This document shows, one piece after another, positions 16,284 to 25,154 of a stretch of DNA of 25,155 nt. A program made the translations under genes and the position numbers. Numbering within the stretch: the first letter of the stretch is position 1; each line of letters opens with the position of its first letter. Under the pieces are notes generated by a model that saw only the letters and a list, made by a program, of their open reading frames with translations, did no database searches and was not told the DNA's origin. The stretch is from a virus. Taxonomy: Duplodnaviria > Caudoviricetes. The stretch covers positions 1 through 25,155 of IMG/VR virus record IMGVR_UViG_3300022844_000024. One strand, given 5' to 3'.

Positions 16284-16958
16284 TTATGAGCAACTTGTTT
16301 GAGGACAACACAATGCAGTGACTAGCCATATCTTTTCCGGCTCAGTTCCCGCAGTAAACCATGATGGATAGGCTTGACTATCCCATATGAATAGCTCAGC
16401 ACGGCCCCAGCGGCCTGTAAGATCGACGTTCGGCTCGTTCAGCAGGCAGCCCATCCGGTCGTAGACGTAGACCACAGTGTCGTCCAGAGTCGATCCGAAG
16501 GCTGGCCCAGTAAACGTGCGAGTTTCAATCTGGACTAACGCACGACGAATCGATGGATCGGAGGAGACAATTTGGAACAGGAAAGCATTGCTGTCACCAC
16601 CGCCACCACCATGTGGTACCCACTCACTGAAGATGTGCTCAACGCGGAAATATTCCCCCTCTGCAATTGACAGGTTAGGGTTTCGGTTGACCACGTCAAT
16701 TTCAAGCAGTGAGTCTGTTAAACCATCTTCATCGTTCCTTCGTAGGATGGTTGCGGTGCCTGTGCCCGGTGTATCTAGGTTAGTTGCTGCCGGTATGTCT
16801 GACGTTGCCGTACAATGGTTTGCTGGGTGGGCAGTCCTGCGGGGGCTTCTCCTGTCTTTAGGCCCCCGCTTGTTCTCCAGTTGGCTCATATAGTCTTGAA
16901 CCATCGCCTTAACCTGCAACGCAAGTTCAAGGGTTAGCTGTGCGGGAGGGCTTGGCAT
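16284..16958 (-). CDS. Putative minor tail protein
   Basis: Second gene after the tape measure; GGGGG linker between two apparent domains; ends in CCPQTSCS. Confidence 0.65.
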   Translation of the reverse strand: MPSPPAQLTLELALQVKAMVQDYMSQLENKRGPKDRRSPRRTAHPANHCTATSDIPAATNLDTPGTGTATILRRNDEDGLTDSLLEIDVVNRNPNLSIAEGEYFRVEHIFSEWVPHGGGGGDSNAFLFQIVSSDPSIRRALVQIETRTFTGPAFGSTLDDTVVYVYDRMGCLLNEPNVDLTGRWGRAELFIWDSQAYPSWFTAGTEPEKIWLVTALCCPQTSCS

Positions 16959-17836
16959 TATGAACTTATTCCCGGTAGTGCCGAGAACGGCAGGGATTTA
17001 TAGATATCAAATTTAAGGAATACGAAGTCGCTGGGCGATGGTTCAAAAAGCTGCCTACCATTTCCATTTAACCCCACAGGCTCTGATACCGGCTTAAACT
17101 CCGCGTCGACGCAGTCTATGGTTTTATAGGCCTCCACGCCTAATTCAAAATCTATTTCCAACACCCTCTTGCGGAAACCTGCGTCCAGAGGTTCAAAGGC
17201 CCAGCCCTCCGGCTTGATCTTGATCGAATAGGATACAGGGTAAAAATAGGTTTCCCCTCGAAGCTCCCTCGCACCAATGCCTAGTCCGGACATCTTAGCT
17301 AGGCCAATACCAATACTTAGCCCACCGATAGTGATATTATCACTGTTGATGGCGTTTCTGTAGCCAAGCACCCAAGGTGGTACCGTTCTTACGTTCGCTT
17401 GAAAGGATGCGATCAGGTGGTCAGCCTCCCGCGTGGGTGGGTCACTGAAGGGGTCGAGGGCTGAGTTTAGGATAGCCTCGTCAGTATTAACGTCGTACAG
17501 AATCAGTTCTTCAAAAGCCTCTGTAGACCACGTTAAAAGGACCTCATCAGCTTCGGGGTCTACAGGGTCGAAGGATCTCTCATCGGAGTAGCTATATGCT
17601 GCCTCCCAACCCGCCCAAGGGTCTGAGTTGGTAATGGAGATTGACTTGCAGTACGCATTGGGGTCCTCCGGGTGTACACTGCCAACAAATGGTAGCCCCC
17701 CGTGGGACCCTATGGCATAAGGTCCGTCCAGCTCACTGTCGGTCTTCAGCTTGAACTTGCGTTCATATTTACGCTTCCCTGAGTCGTTAGACGCTGACCG
17801 CCCTCCTGCAATTTCACCAACTAATGTTATGGTCAT
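16958..17836 (-). CDS. Putative distal tail/hub protein
   Basis: Immediately follows the tape measure with ATGA overlap; product inferred from synteny only. Confidence 0.65.
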   Translation of the reverse strand: MTITLVGEIAGGRSASNDSGKRKYERKFKLKTDSELDGPYAIGSHGGLPFVGSVHPEDPNAYCKSISITNSDPWAGWEAAYSYSDERSFDPVDPEADEVLLTWSTEAFEELILYDVNTDEAILNSALDPFSDPPTREADHLIASFQANVRTVPPWVLGYRNAINSDNITIGGLSIGIGLAKMSGLGIGARELRGETYFYPVSYSIKIKPEGWAFEPLDAGFRKRVLEIDFELGVEAYKTIDCVDAEFKPVSEPVGLNGNGRQLFEPSPSDFVFLKFDIYKSLPFSALPGISS

Positions 17837-19767
17837 GGGGTTGTTACTCCAACAACTACGAGTCCTGGGGCCACTGCTGCGGCTGTGTTAGCTGCAACCT
17901 GTGCCAGCAGGGCAATCTGTTTACGGGCTAGCTTATCTTTACGGTCTTGGCCCATCATGGAGAGGATACCCTTATAGGCTTCTGAGCTTCCCTTCTGCAT
18001 GATTGAAGCCCCCCACTTACCGGATGCCGTCTCAGGGGCTTTTTTATTAAAGCCTTCACCCTTGCGGCTGGGGGAGTTTTCTTCAGGTGGTGGGGCATCT
18101 TCATATTTAAGTTTACGCTTGGGGTCGTTCTGCATACCCTTCAGCGTATCCAGTGGGTCCAGTACGGCCTGCTTGAAGCTGTCGCCTAAAGATGAACCAA
18201 GTTGGTCAAGGTCCGTCTTCAGGCTAGCTTCAAGGCCAGTAATTACCCTGTCTGGAATCTCCGGCATATCATCAATTGTGTTGATGTACCCCTTTGTTAA
18301 TGGCTCCCACACGTTACTAAAGTCATAGTCCCCGCCTGTGAGGAAGGCCATGACATTGTCCCAGATACGCTTGATATTCTTACCAAGGTTCTCGAACGTG
18401 GTTAGAACATTGGACCCCACTGTGACTATAATGTTTCCGAATTGTTCCCCAAACCACATAACATAAGCGGGCAGGATTTTTGTAAAGAAGTGCTTCAAAT
18501 CCTGACCAAAACTTATGATATCCAGCAGGGCGTCCTTGTACCAGTATTCAAGTATGGTCGACCAGTTGTTCACAGCCCACAGGACTGTTTGTGAAATAAT
18601 CAGCCACCCCTGAGCCATGTGGTCAATCAAGCGATAAAAGTTATCGGTCGCCCAGTTGATCCACGTTGTAAGTACCTCACTGCCACCGGAGAAGCCCTCC
18701 GACAGCTTGTAGCCAAACATGATAGCAAAGCCTTCAGCGGCAGACTTGAGCCTCCTCATAGCCCCACCGGGTCCAGCGTCCAGAGCATCACTACCATCCT
18801 TTGCGTACCCTTGTAGGGCATCCATCTCATCAGCCATCTTACGAACGCTTGCCCCCGTCTCAGACAGCACAAGGCCCCCCGTTACGCCAAGGATACCGAA
18901 CGCATCCGAGAATTTCTTCATCTTCTCTACGTCGGTCAGGTTGGTCGTACCCGCTTCCATGATCTCAAAAGCCTCAGTCAGGCCAACGAAGTTACCGTTG
19001 ATATCCGTGAAGGACTGCCCGAAGATATCAGCCATGCGTTCAGCATCCGAACCTGTAAGGGTTAGGATACGCCTCATAGTGGTACCGGCTTGCTCACCCC
19101 TAATGTTCATGTTACCAAGCATTGCCGTAGCCGCCGTGGCTTCGGATAGGGATACGCCCATTACTTCGGCAACCTTGCCGGTGTATTTCATGGACGCACC
19201 AATATCGTCAAGCGTATTTAAGCTGTTGTTTGAAGCATACGTCAGGATGTCCGCCGCCTTACCAGCTTCAGTCGCATCCATCTTAAACACACGCAAGGTT
19301 GAGCCAAGATAGATGGCAGAGTTAGCGGCATCTGTCCCTGTAGCCCGTGACAAGCTCATGACGCTTTCGGTGATGGTGTCAATCTCTTTGGGGCTGAAGT
19401 TGGATGTACCGAGTGAGGTCATCATTGCCGCAACCTCCGTTGCCGTAAAGGATGAGTTACGCCCGAGATCCTGTGCTTTCGTGCTTAACAGTGATAGTTC
19501 GTCGGCGGTAGCACCGCTCCGCTGGGCGACCATTCTCATCTGGTCGTCAAACTCGATCATCTTGTCGACCGAACCCTTCGCAGCCTTGCCAATTGCAAGG
19601 AAGGCCCCAGAAGCAACAACAGACCTACCAAAGGCAGCAACCCGTGATCCCGCTTTATCAGAGGCTTTGGCAACCCTCCCGATCCGGTCTTCAGTGGTTT
19701 TCATCGACTTTACGAGCTGGGAAACATCAGCTCTCATCGAGACGACCATATCACCTAAGCTAGGCAT
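17833..19767 (-). CDS. Tail tape measure protein (TP901-family core)
   Basis: FDDQMRMV, AQDLGRNSSFTATEVA, ADILTYASN, SMKYTG..A, GEQAGTTMR; later Trp/Phe-periodic helical region; follows the G/T chaperones. Confidence 0.93.
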   Translation of the reverse strand: MPSLGDMVVSMRADVSQLVKSMKTTEDRIGRVAKASDKAGSRVAAFGRSVVASGAFLAIGKAAKGSVDKMIEFDDQMRMVAQRSGATADELSLLSTKAQDLGRNSSFTATEVAAMMTSLGTSNFSPKEIDTITESVMSLSRATGTDAANSAIYLGSTLRVFKMDATEAGKAADILTYASNNSLNTLDDIGASMKYTGKVAEVMGVSLSEATAATAMLGNMNIRGEQAGTTMRRILTLTGSDAERMADIFGQSFTDINGNFVGLTEAFEIMEAGTTNLTDVEKMKKFSDAFGILGVTGGLVLSETGASVRKMADEMDALQGYAKDGSDALDAGPGGAMRRLKSAAEGFAIMFGYKLSEGFSGGSEVLTTWINWATDNFYRLIDHMAQGWLIISQTVLWAVNNWSTILEYWYKDALLDIISFGQDLKHFFTKILPAYVMWFGEQFGNIIVTVGSNVLTTFENLGKNIKRIWDNVMAFLTGGDYDFSNVWEPLTKGYINTIDDMPEIPDRVITGLEASLKTDLDQLGSSLGDSFKQAVLDPLDTLKGMQNDPKRKLKYEDAPPPEENSPSRKGEGFNKKAPETASGKWGASIMQKGSSEAYKGILSMMGQDRKDKLARKQIALLAQVAANTAAAVAPGLVVVGVTTP

Positions 19768-20065
19768 TGTTTCTTCCCTTATATGAAGCGGATATTTCGG
19801 AGGCGGTCGCTTGCACCTCCTCCACCCAAGGGGTTGCTACCTGTTCGATTTCTGAATCTCCCGAATGGCACTTGAAGTAGTGGGAGAGCATTGAGGTTAT
19901 GAGACCAAGCATTCGTTCGGTGTGGTACAGTGGTTCTACTTGATCGTAGGCCGCCCACTCATCGAACTGGTCTGGGGTCATGGTGGATAGTAGGCCGTCC
20001 ACATCGACGGTGCCTACTAGCTTGGCCAGACGGAAGGCTAGAAGTCTTCCTCGGTCTCTTCGGAG
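19760..20065 (-). CDS. Tail assembly chaperone gpT part (C-terminus of the -1 frameshift GT product)
   Basis: The -1 frame is open from the slippery site: LRRDRGRLLAFRLAKLVGTVDVDGLLSTMTPDQFDEWAAYD, a typical gpT-like pattern. Confidence 0.8.
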   Translation of the reverse strand, partial: LRRDRGRLLAFRLAKLVGTVDVDGLLSTMTPDQFDEWAAYDQVEPLYHTERMLGLITSMLSHYFKCHSGDSEIEQVATPWVEEVQATASEISASYKGRNNA

Positions 20066-20424
20066 TTTCCCACTAGTGCATCTACGTCTTTGTCAGACAT
20101 GCCACAGACTCCCTGGGCTGCTGAAACAATACGTTCGACGACGGTGATGGGCTGAGATCCAACGACCCCAACGTCTTCTTCGCGGAGGATAAGTGTTCCG
20201 CCCTCGTCGCAAAGGCATGCCACTACGAGGCGTTCGCGAATCTCCTGTAGTTTGCGTTTGTTACTCTTACCTGAGGAGGTCTGGAATTGCTTCTCAAAGG
20301 CTGACCGCTCTCGGGCGGTCATACCCTTGACGTAAACGATTCCACCTAGCTCTGGGGCCGCAACAACCTGAATAGTTACTGGGGCTTTTGTAAGGAACTG
20401 TTCTCTTGTAATTACACTTGGCAT
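20038..20424 (-). CDS. Tail assembly chaperone gpG
   Basis: PELGGIVYVKGMTARER..FE and LVVACLCDEGG motifs; lies between tail tube and tape measure. Confidence 0.85.
   Translation of the reverse strand: MPSVITREQFLTKAPVTIQVVAAPELGGIVYVKGMTARERSAFEKQFQTSSGKSNKRKLQEIRERLVVACLCDEGGTLILREEDVGVVGSQPITVVERIVSAAQGVCGMSDKDVDALVGNSEETEEDF
20065..20071 (-). other. Programmed -1 ribosomal frameshift site G GGA AAC
   Basis: X XXY YYZ heptamer in the correct phase near the 3' end of gene G, with the -1 frame open to 19760. Confidence 0.85.
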
Positions 20425-20464
20425 TGTTCTGCTATCTTAGTCGGGGTTAAAAGCTGAATTATAT

Positions 20465-20782
20465 CTAGTCTTCGTCGTCGAAGTCGTCATCGTCTTCGTC
20501 GTCTTCATCTTGAACCAACTCATCTCGGGCTTCTTGAAGAGCATCCATGTATTTCTCATGCGCTCTACGTAAGTCACCCTTAGTGTGTTTGTCCATTCCA
20601 TCCACTCTGTCAATACATTCTTGATCAGCAGCCTCTGCGAGACCACCATGTACCAGCCGGTAAGCATCAACATGTTCGATGACACTACCGGCTGGTGCAT
20701 ATCTCACCCCATTTTCAACCACAACGATTGAGGGGTCTGTACTGCTCGTAGCCATTAAAGTGATAAGTAATCGGGCTTTCAC
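20465..20782 (-). CDS. Hypothetical protein with highly acidic C-terminus
   Basis: AGGAG Shine-Dalgarno with GTG start; ends QDEDDEDDDDFDDED. Confidence 0.75.
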   Translation of the reverse strand: MKARLLITLMATSSTDPSIVVVENGVRYAPAGSVIEHVDAYRLVHGGLAEAADQECIDRVDGMDKHTKGDLRRAHEKYMDALQEARDELVQDEDDEDDDDFDDED

Positions 20783-20795
20783 TATTCTCTCCTGC

Positions 20796-21194
20796 TTACC
20801 AGCCGGGTAGCTCGGTCAACGTAAGTGTTGAAGTAAATTTCACACCGTCTGACATAGCGACGGTGAAGTCAAGGGACATACCCGCTGACTTAAATGTCCA
20901 CGTTGTTGAGTCCGCAAACACAACAGCACAGTCCACTTCAGCGGGGGTGGTAATGTTTGATGTAATAGTACCATGTAGGGATGGGTCGAAGAAGCCTCCA
21001 ATGGACAGCTCACCCGGCTCCGAGTACCCTGTCTGTGAGTACTCCTTACCGGCATCGGTTGTGGAAAGTGTAGTACAGTCGAACGTCTCAACTTCCGCAC
21101 CAGAGAACGAAATGTCCGTTAACTGGGCCACGGCTGTAAGGAGGCTGGAAACTGATACCTGAAAGACTGTACCTTTGCTCTTGATCTTAGCCAT
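20796..21194 (-). CDS. Major tail tube protein
   Basis: KSKGTVF, E.ETFDCTTL, G.SEPGELSI pattern of lambda gpV-like tube proteins; synteny. Confidence 0.85.
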   Translation of the reverse strand: MAKIKSKGTVFQVSVSSLLTAVAQLTDISFSGAEVETFDCTTLSTTDAGKEYSQTGYSEPGELSIGGFFDPSLHGTITSNITTPAEVDCAVVFADSTTWTFKSAGMSLDFTVAMSDGVKFTSTLTLTELPGW

Positions 21195-21200
21195 TATGTT

Positions 21201-21737
21201 TTACCCTTTACGGCCACGGTTTTTGGCCAAGTATTGTCGAATTTTTGTTTTTGCAGTTTTTACCATTGCCCGCCGCATTCCTGCACCTGATGCGTTAAAG
21301 GCTCGCTTCATGAAGTGGCCAAATCCGGGGGCGATTGACATCTTGCCGGTATTTTTACCACTTCTATGTCTACGTTGAGAGGTCCCTAAGATAAGCCAAT
21401 GGACGTTACGTGCGGAGATACCTATTCCATCACCGCGACCACGGGCCGTCGTCTTAGAAATGCCCAACTGTTTGGACTTATTAACACCAACAGAAAAACC
21501 GACTCTAAATGAGTCGGACAGATTGGGGCCAGAGTTACGCCGGGCACCAGTTTTAATGGACCTGCCAAGGTATTTGTAACCCGAGGGTAATCTACCCTTT
21601 GCTACTTGACGAACCACCCTAATTGATGCCAGCACCGCCGAGTTGGCTATCTTCTTTGCATCAGATTTCCGCAGCTTGGCCAGCATCTTTATGATGGATT
21701 TATGGCCTTTAACAAAGCTGCTAGCACCGTTGGCCAT
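21201..21737 (-). CDS. HK97 gp10-like / lambda gpZ-like neck or tail-completion protein
   Basis: Very basic; LGRSIK, HWLILGT..R, HFMKRAF motifs; synteny. Confidence 0.75.
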   Translation of the reverse strand: MANGASSFVKGHKSIIKMLAKLRKSDAKKIANSAVLASIRVVRQVAKGRLPSGYKYLGRSIKTGARRNSGPNLSDSFRVGFSVGVNKSKQLGISKTTARGRGDGIGISARNVHWLILGTSQRRHRSGKNTGKMSIAPGFGHFMKRAFNASGAGMRRAMVKTAKTKIRQYLAKNRGRKG

Positions 21738-21747
21738 AAAGCACCCC

Positions 21748-22188
21748 CTAGTATCTCAGCTCATCCCCGGCCAAGTCAAAGCCGGTTGGCTCAGAAACTT
21801 CGAACGCGGAAGCCCCATCCTTGCGGGATGAGATTTTATACTGTGTTCTTCCGGGGTCCGACCAATCCCATGCGGTTTCACCAAGGGAAAGGCATTCCAC
21901 GGAAAACACATGGCTAACCCCTTGGACTACCCGCGTGATGATATCCCCGCTCTCAGGAGGCCCGAGAGCGGAGAGTTCATTCACGCCGATATTCCACTCA
22001 ATTGTTTCAACGACCTGCTCCGTTCCCCCAACATCAATCGATTGCTTACTGGTGTAACCCTGAACGGCATTTGATATAGTTAGTGAGGTGGCCCCTCTCA
22101 GGTAGGTCACCGGAACACCAACGGCATTCCGGGTAACTCTTAATCCCGTACTTAGTGCCCGCTCAAACGGAGACAGATCGTCGCTCAT
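21748..22188 (-). CDS. Head-tail joining protein (gpFII-like head closure)
   Basis: Start ATG 22188 right after the capsid stop; GVPVTYLRG and PESGDII motifs. Confidence 0.7.
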   Translation of the reverse strand: MSDDLSPFERALSTGLRVTRNAVGVPVTYLRGATSLTISNAVQGYTSKQSIDVGGTEQVVETIEWNIGVNELSALGPPESGDIITRVVQGVSHVFSVECLSLGETAWDWSDPGRTQYKISSRKDGASAFEVSEPTGFDLAGDELRY

Positions 22189-22189
22189 G

Positions 22190-23125
22190 TTACACTTCCA
22201 CTGCTTCAGTCTGGACGATGCCGTCCGTCGTGAAGATAGGTACGTTAAACGCACTTGAAGGGAATGGTGCAGGGTTACCAGTAGGATTGGTAGCTGTACG
22301 ACCCTGCTGAAGGTCTTTCAGAGACGTTCGGTTCATGATCACGAAACTTGGACCCATCCCTGAAGGGAACTGAGACAGCAGATCAGAGATCAGGTCGTCC
22401 GTCAAAGGCTTAGTATCTGTAACACTGTTGATGTTGCAGATACGGCCATTTGAGTACTTGCCACCCATCTGGAAACCGATGTACATTGAAGCTGGTGTGT
22501 AGTACACCGGATAGTTGGTATCATTTGCTTCAGTGACAATCGTATCACCAAGACTAATGCCGCGAGACATTGGTGTGACAAGTCGGCAATCATCAAAGCC
22601 CGTTCGTACCGCAAACGCGGAGCTTTGTACATCGGCAGTTGAACCCGCCGCGTTGATAACCATGTCATCGGCAAGGGCATCAAGATCAGTGTTGTTCAGG
22701 AGTCCTGAAAACCCTGCTGAATCCCCAAGAGCAGTCGTGCCATAAATGCACTGTTTCTCCAGCTTGAATAGAGCCGCCGCAAGATGCCGGGCACCTTCAC
22801 GGGCGATCAGGTCTTCTGCACCTCTACGCCATGCGTTCGCTACAGCGTAGTCAACACGCCATGAGAAGTCTAAGATAGTGCAAGCCACCGTAACGACGGT
22901 GTCCGCACTTGAGTCGTAGTCTCGTCCAGCGTTCGCAGCTCGGAAACCAACTACAGGAGCACCCGTGTACTTGTTGTAGCTGTGAGTTTCAGAACCATCC
23001 GAGGTGTCGCCGATAGGCAGACGTGAGATGAACGGAGAACCATTCAGAACTTCACTTGTCATTGTCGGATCAACATCAAGTGCATCACTGATGAAGTCCG
23101 CTACTGTGAACAGATCATTGGCCAT
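22190..23125 (-). CDS. Major capsid protein (HK97 fold, epsilon15 gp7/BPP-1-like)
   Basis: DGSETH...TGAP.VGFRAANAG, RVDYAVA, IYG...GFSGL, VINAAGS pattern; GAAAGGA Shine-Dalgarno; follows protease/scaffold. Confidence 0.85.
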   Translation of the reverse strand: MANDLFTVADFISDALDVDPTMTSEVLNGSPFISRLPIGDTSDGSETHSYNKYTGAPVVGFRAANAGRDYDSSADTVVTVACTILDFSWRVDYAVANAWRRGAEDLIAREGARHLAAALFKLEKQCIYGTTALGDSAGFSGLLNNTDLDALADDMVINAAGSTADVQSSAFAVRTGFDDCRLVTPMSRGISLGDTIVTEANDTNYPVYYTPASMYIGFQMGGKYSNGRICNINSVTDTKPLTDDLISDLLSQFPSGMGPSFVIMNRTSLKDLQQGRTATNPTGNPAPFPSSAFNVPIFTTDGIVQTEAVEV

Positions 23126-23157
23126 TAGGCTAAATTCCTTTCAGGAACAGGGTTGGA

Positions 23158-23511
23158 TTACTTACCGTAGTTTTTACCGGAGATACGAATCTTAGACGAA
23201 AGGGACTTTTCCTTTTCGGCTGCATCGTCGGCACTGAACTCGGTGCCTTCATCCTCACCCAACGCGAGTGAAGTGATCTTAGCTTCTGAGGCCGCTAGCT
23301 TTTCTGACAGGTCCGCAACCTTTGCAGTCAAGTTCTTAATGTGGAGGCTCTGTGCTTCCCCAAAGGCCACACCTTTAAGAAACCAGCCAGTACCTTCTGA
23401 AACCCCGAATGCTGTTACATAAGCACCAAGTTCTGCATTGAAGTCCGCACGACTAGGAGAAGTATCCTTGTCCTGTGTGTCTTCAACCGGAGCATCAATT
23501 GCGTCCGCCAT
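23158..23511 (-). CDS. Nested in-frame scaffolding protein (117 aa)
   Basis: AGGAG-N8-ATG at 23511 in frame with the protease; acidic, coiled-coil product. Confidence 0.55.
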   Translation of the reverse strand: MADAIDAPVEDTQDKDTSPSRADFNAELGAYVTAFGVSEGTGWFLKGVAFGEAQSLHIKNLTAKVADLSEKLAASEAKITSLALGEDEGTEFSADDAAEKEKSLSSKIRISGKNYGK

Positions 23512-24276
23512 TTTGTCTTCTCCTAGAGTAGAAAGAGTTACACCCTGACGTGACAAGAACCTAGCAACAAACTGCTTGGCCCTATCCCCATCCACTGCGA
23601 ATGAGGACTGTGTTGGCTTCACATCTGAAAGGCCAAGCACATATTGTAAATAAGCATCTGCATCAATAGCCGACTCCTGCCCCCGTTTGAACAACCCACT
23701 GGGGTTGGCCGCCGGGCTGTCTACTGCGTCGCAGGAGTAGATGCGTGATAGTCGTGCGTAAGAGTAGCCCTCTTCATTTCCCTTGTCGCCTTGGATTGCC
23801 CCAAGGGATACAGCCTCGTCATATTCTTCTGAGGCTTCAAAGTCATGATCGAATACAATGGATAATCCAAAGTCTTCGGGGGTATCCTCTGCTAATGAAA
23901 GTACGTAGGTGGCGAGGTCCCCATCAGGGGTGTTATACGCCGCCTCTTGGAAATGCAGGTCAGCAAAGACCTGATCACCTTTAACAACAGCATTGTAGAA
24001 CTTACCCAGCTTTGTACCCACTCCGTCACTGGATAGACCGGGGTGGGTAAATCGTGCCTTGATGCCCGTAGGGCTGGAGTTGATACCCTCCTCTACTTGT
24101 GACAGGAAGGTTTGGTCTACCCACAGTTCGTGGCCAAGGGCTTCCCCGCGAGTGATAATGCTCGTCGAGTAGATTACGCCCTTGCCAAACTTACCGCCCT
24201 CGCGATCAACTGTGAGGCTTCCCCCTTTGTTGAACGCACTGCGGAACCGCGTAGGTTTATTTTCAATGACTGGCAT
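23158..24276 (-). CDS. Head maturation protease with C-terminal scaffold region
   Basis: IITRGEALGH, KARFTHP, FADLHF, FGLSIVF, DAVDSPAANPSGLF; coiled-coil C-terminus; lies between portal and capsid. Confidence 0.75.
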   Translation of the reverse strand: MPVIENKPTRFRSAFNKGGSLTVDREGGKFGKGVIYSTSIITRGEALGHELWVDQTFLSQVEEGINSSPTGIKARFTHPGLSSDGVGTKLGKFYNAVVKGDQVFADLHFQEAAYNTPDGDLATYVLSLAEDTPEDFGLSIVFDHDFEASEEYDEAVSLGAIQGDKGNEEGYSYARLSRIYSCDAVDSPAANPSGLFKRGQESAIDADAYLQYVLGLSDVKPTQSSFAVDGDRAKQFVARFLSRQGVTLSTLGEDKMADAIDAPVEDTQDKDTSPSRADFNAELGAYVTAFGVSEGTGWFLKGVAFGEAQSLHIKNLTAKVADLSEKLAASEAKITSLALGEDEGTEFSADDAAEKEKSLSSKIRISGKNYGK

Positions 24277-25154
24277 TATACATCATCCTCTTGTGTGTCA
24301 GGGTCTTCAGGGTTTTCCTCAACCTCAGGTGGGATGAAACTTAGCTGTATGCCTAGTAACTCCGCTGCCTCTTTGGCCTTGGCAATCTGTTTCAGGTTCT
24401 CATCAAACTCACCCCTGCCACGTTCCTTGCAGATTCTGTATGGGTTATCCAGACCTGCCTGAATAGCCATAACATCACCTGATATCTCTTTGACGGGGTC
24501 CCACCAAGGCATACCCCTGTGTACCCACTCGAACGGAACATCGTTGACAGTCATCCCGTCGGGAAGTACAAGTAGACCTGATATGATCCACTGCTGTAGC
24601 TTCCAGACTGTGATACGCCGAAGTGACTCAAGCACCACGTCACGCTTGGCTTTACAGGATCTGTCATACAGCATCCAAGCTGCCCGTGATCCAAAGAAGT
24701 TCGTTCGGGATTCGTCCACGAAGTTGATAGGAAGGTCCAGAGCCTTGATGGCCATGCTCAACACTAAGCTGATGAAGTCCTGAGTATTGCTTCCGGGGTT
24801 GTCTGAGGTCAGGAACTGTGCTGTGTCGTCCTGATCCATCTCCATCTTGATGGGGCCTTTTCCGAAGTCCACATCATAGGTGCCATCCCCGTTTCTGGTA
24901 TACTCTCCTGTACCGTTGGCGTTGGCAGAGGAAATGACCAGAGCAAATAGCTGCTCTACTTTCATCTTAGCGAGGGCGTAGTCAACACCCTCGTACACGT
25001 CCTGAAACGAGTTGTAGGCTGCGGCCAGTGGCGACACACCACGTACTTGGTCAAACCTATCAAAGCTGGCCAGGTGTACGAGGTTCTTGGCTGGCACCCG
25101 CCGCAGAAACTTGTACCGCCCATACCGCTCGCGGGCGTGTAGGCCCCACTGTAG
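24276..25154 (-). CDS. Portal protein, lambda family (5' end outside the window)
   Basis: DQVRGVSPLA, NFFGSRA, W..RGMPWWDPVKE, ERGRGEFDENLKQIAK; the frame stays open to the window edge. Confidence 0.93.
   Translation of the reverse strand, partial: LQWGLHARERYGRYKFLRRVPAKNLVHLASFDRFDQVRGVSPLAAAYNSFQDVYEGVDYALAKMKVEQLFALVISSANANGTGEYTRNGDGTYDVDFGKGPIKMEMDQDDTAQFLTSDNPGSNTQDFISLVLSMAIKALDLPINFVDESRTNFFGSRAAWMLYDRSCKAKRDVVLESLRRITVWKLQQWIISGLLVLPDGMTVNDVPFEWVHRGMPWWDPVKEISGDVMAIQAGLDNPYRICKERGRGEFDENLKQIAKAKEAAELLGIQLSFIPPEVEENPEDPDTQEDDV

Noticed and set aside
20425-20464. TATAAT on the - strand upstream of chaperone G as a promoter
   Set aside because: No matching -35 or extended -10 element at proper spacing
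813-25154. Stop-codon reassignment (alternative genetic code)
   Set aside because: Genes are full length under the standard bacterial code, and TAA, TAG and TGA all end genes
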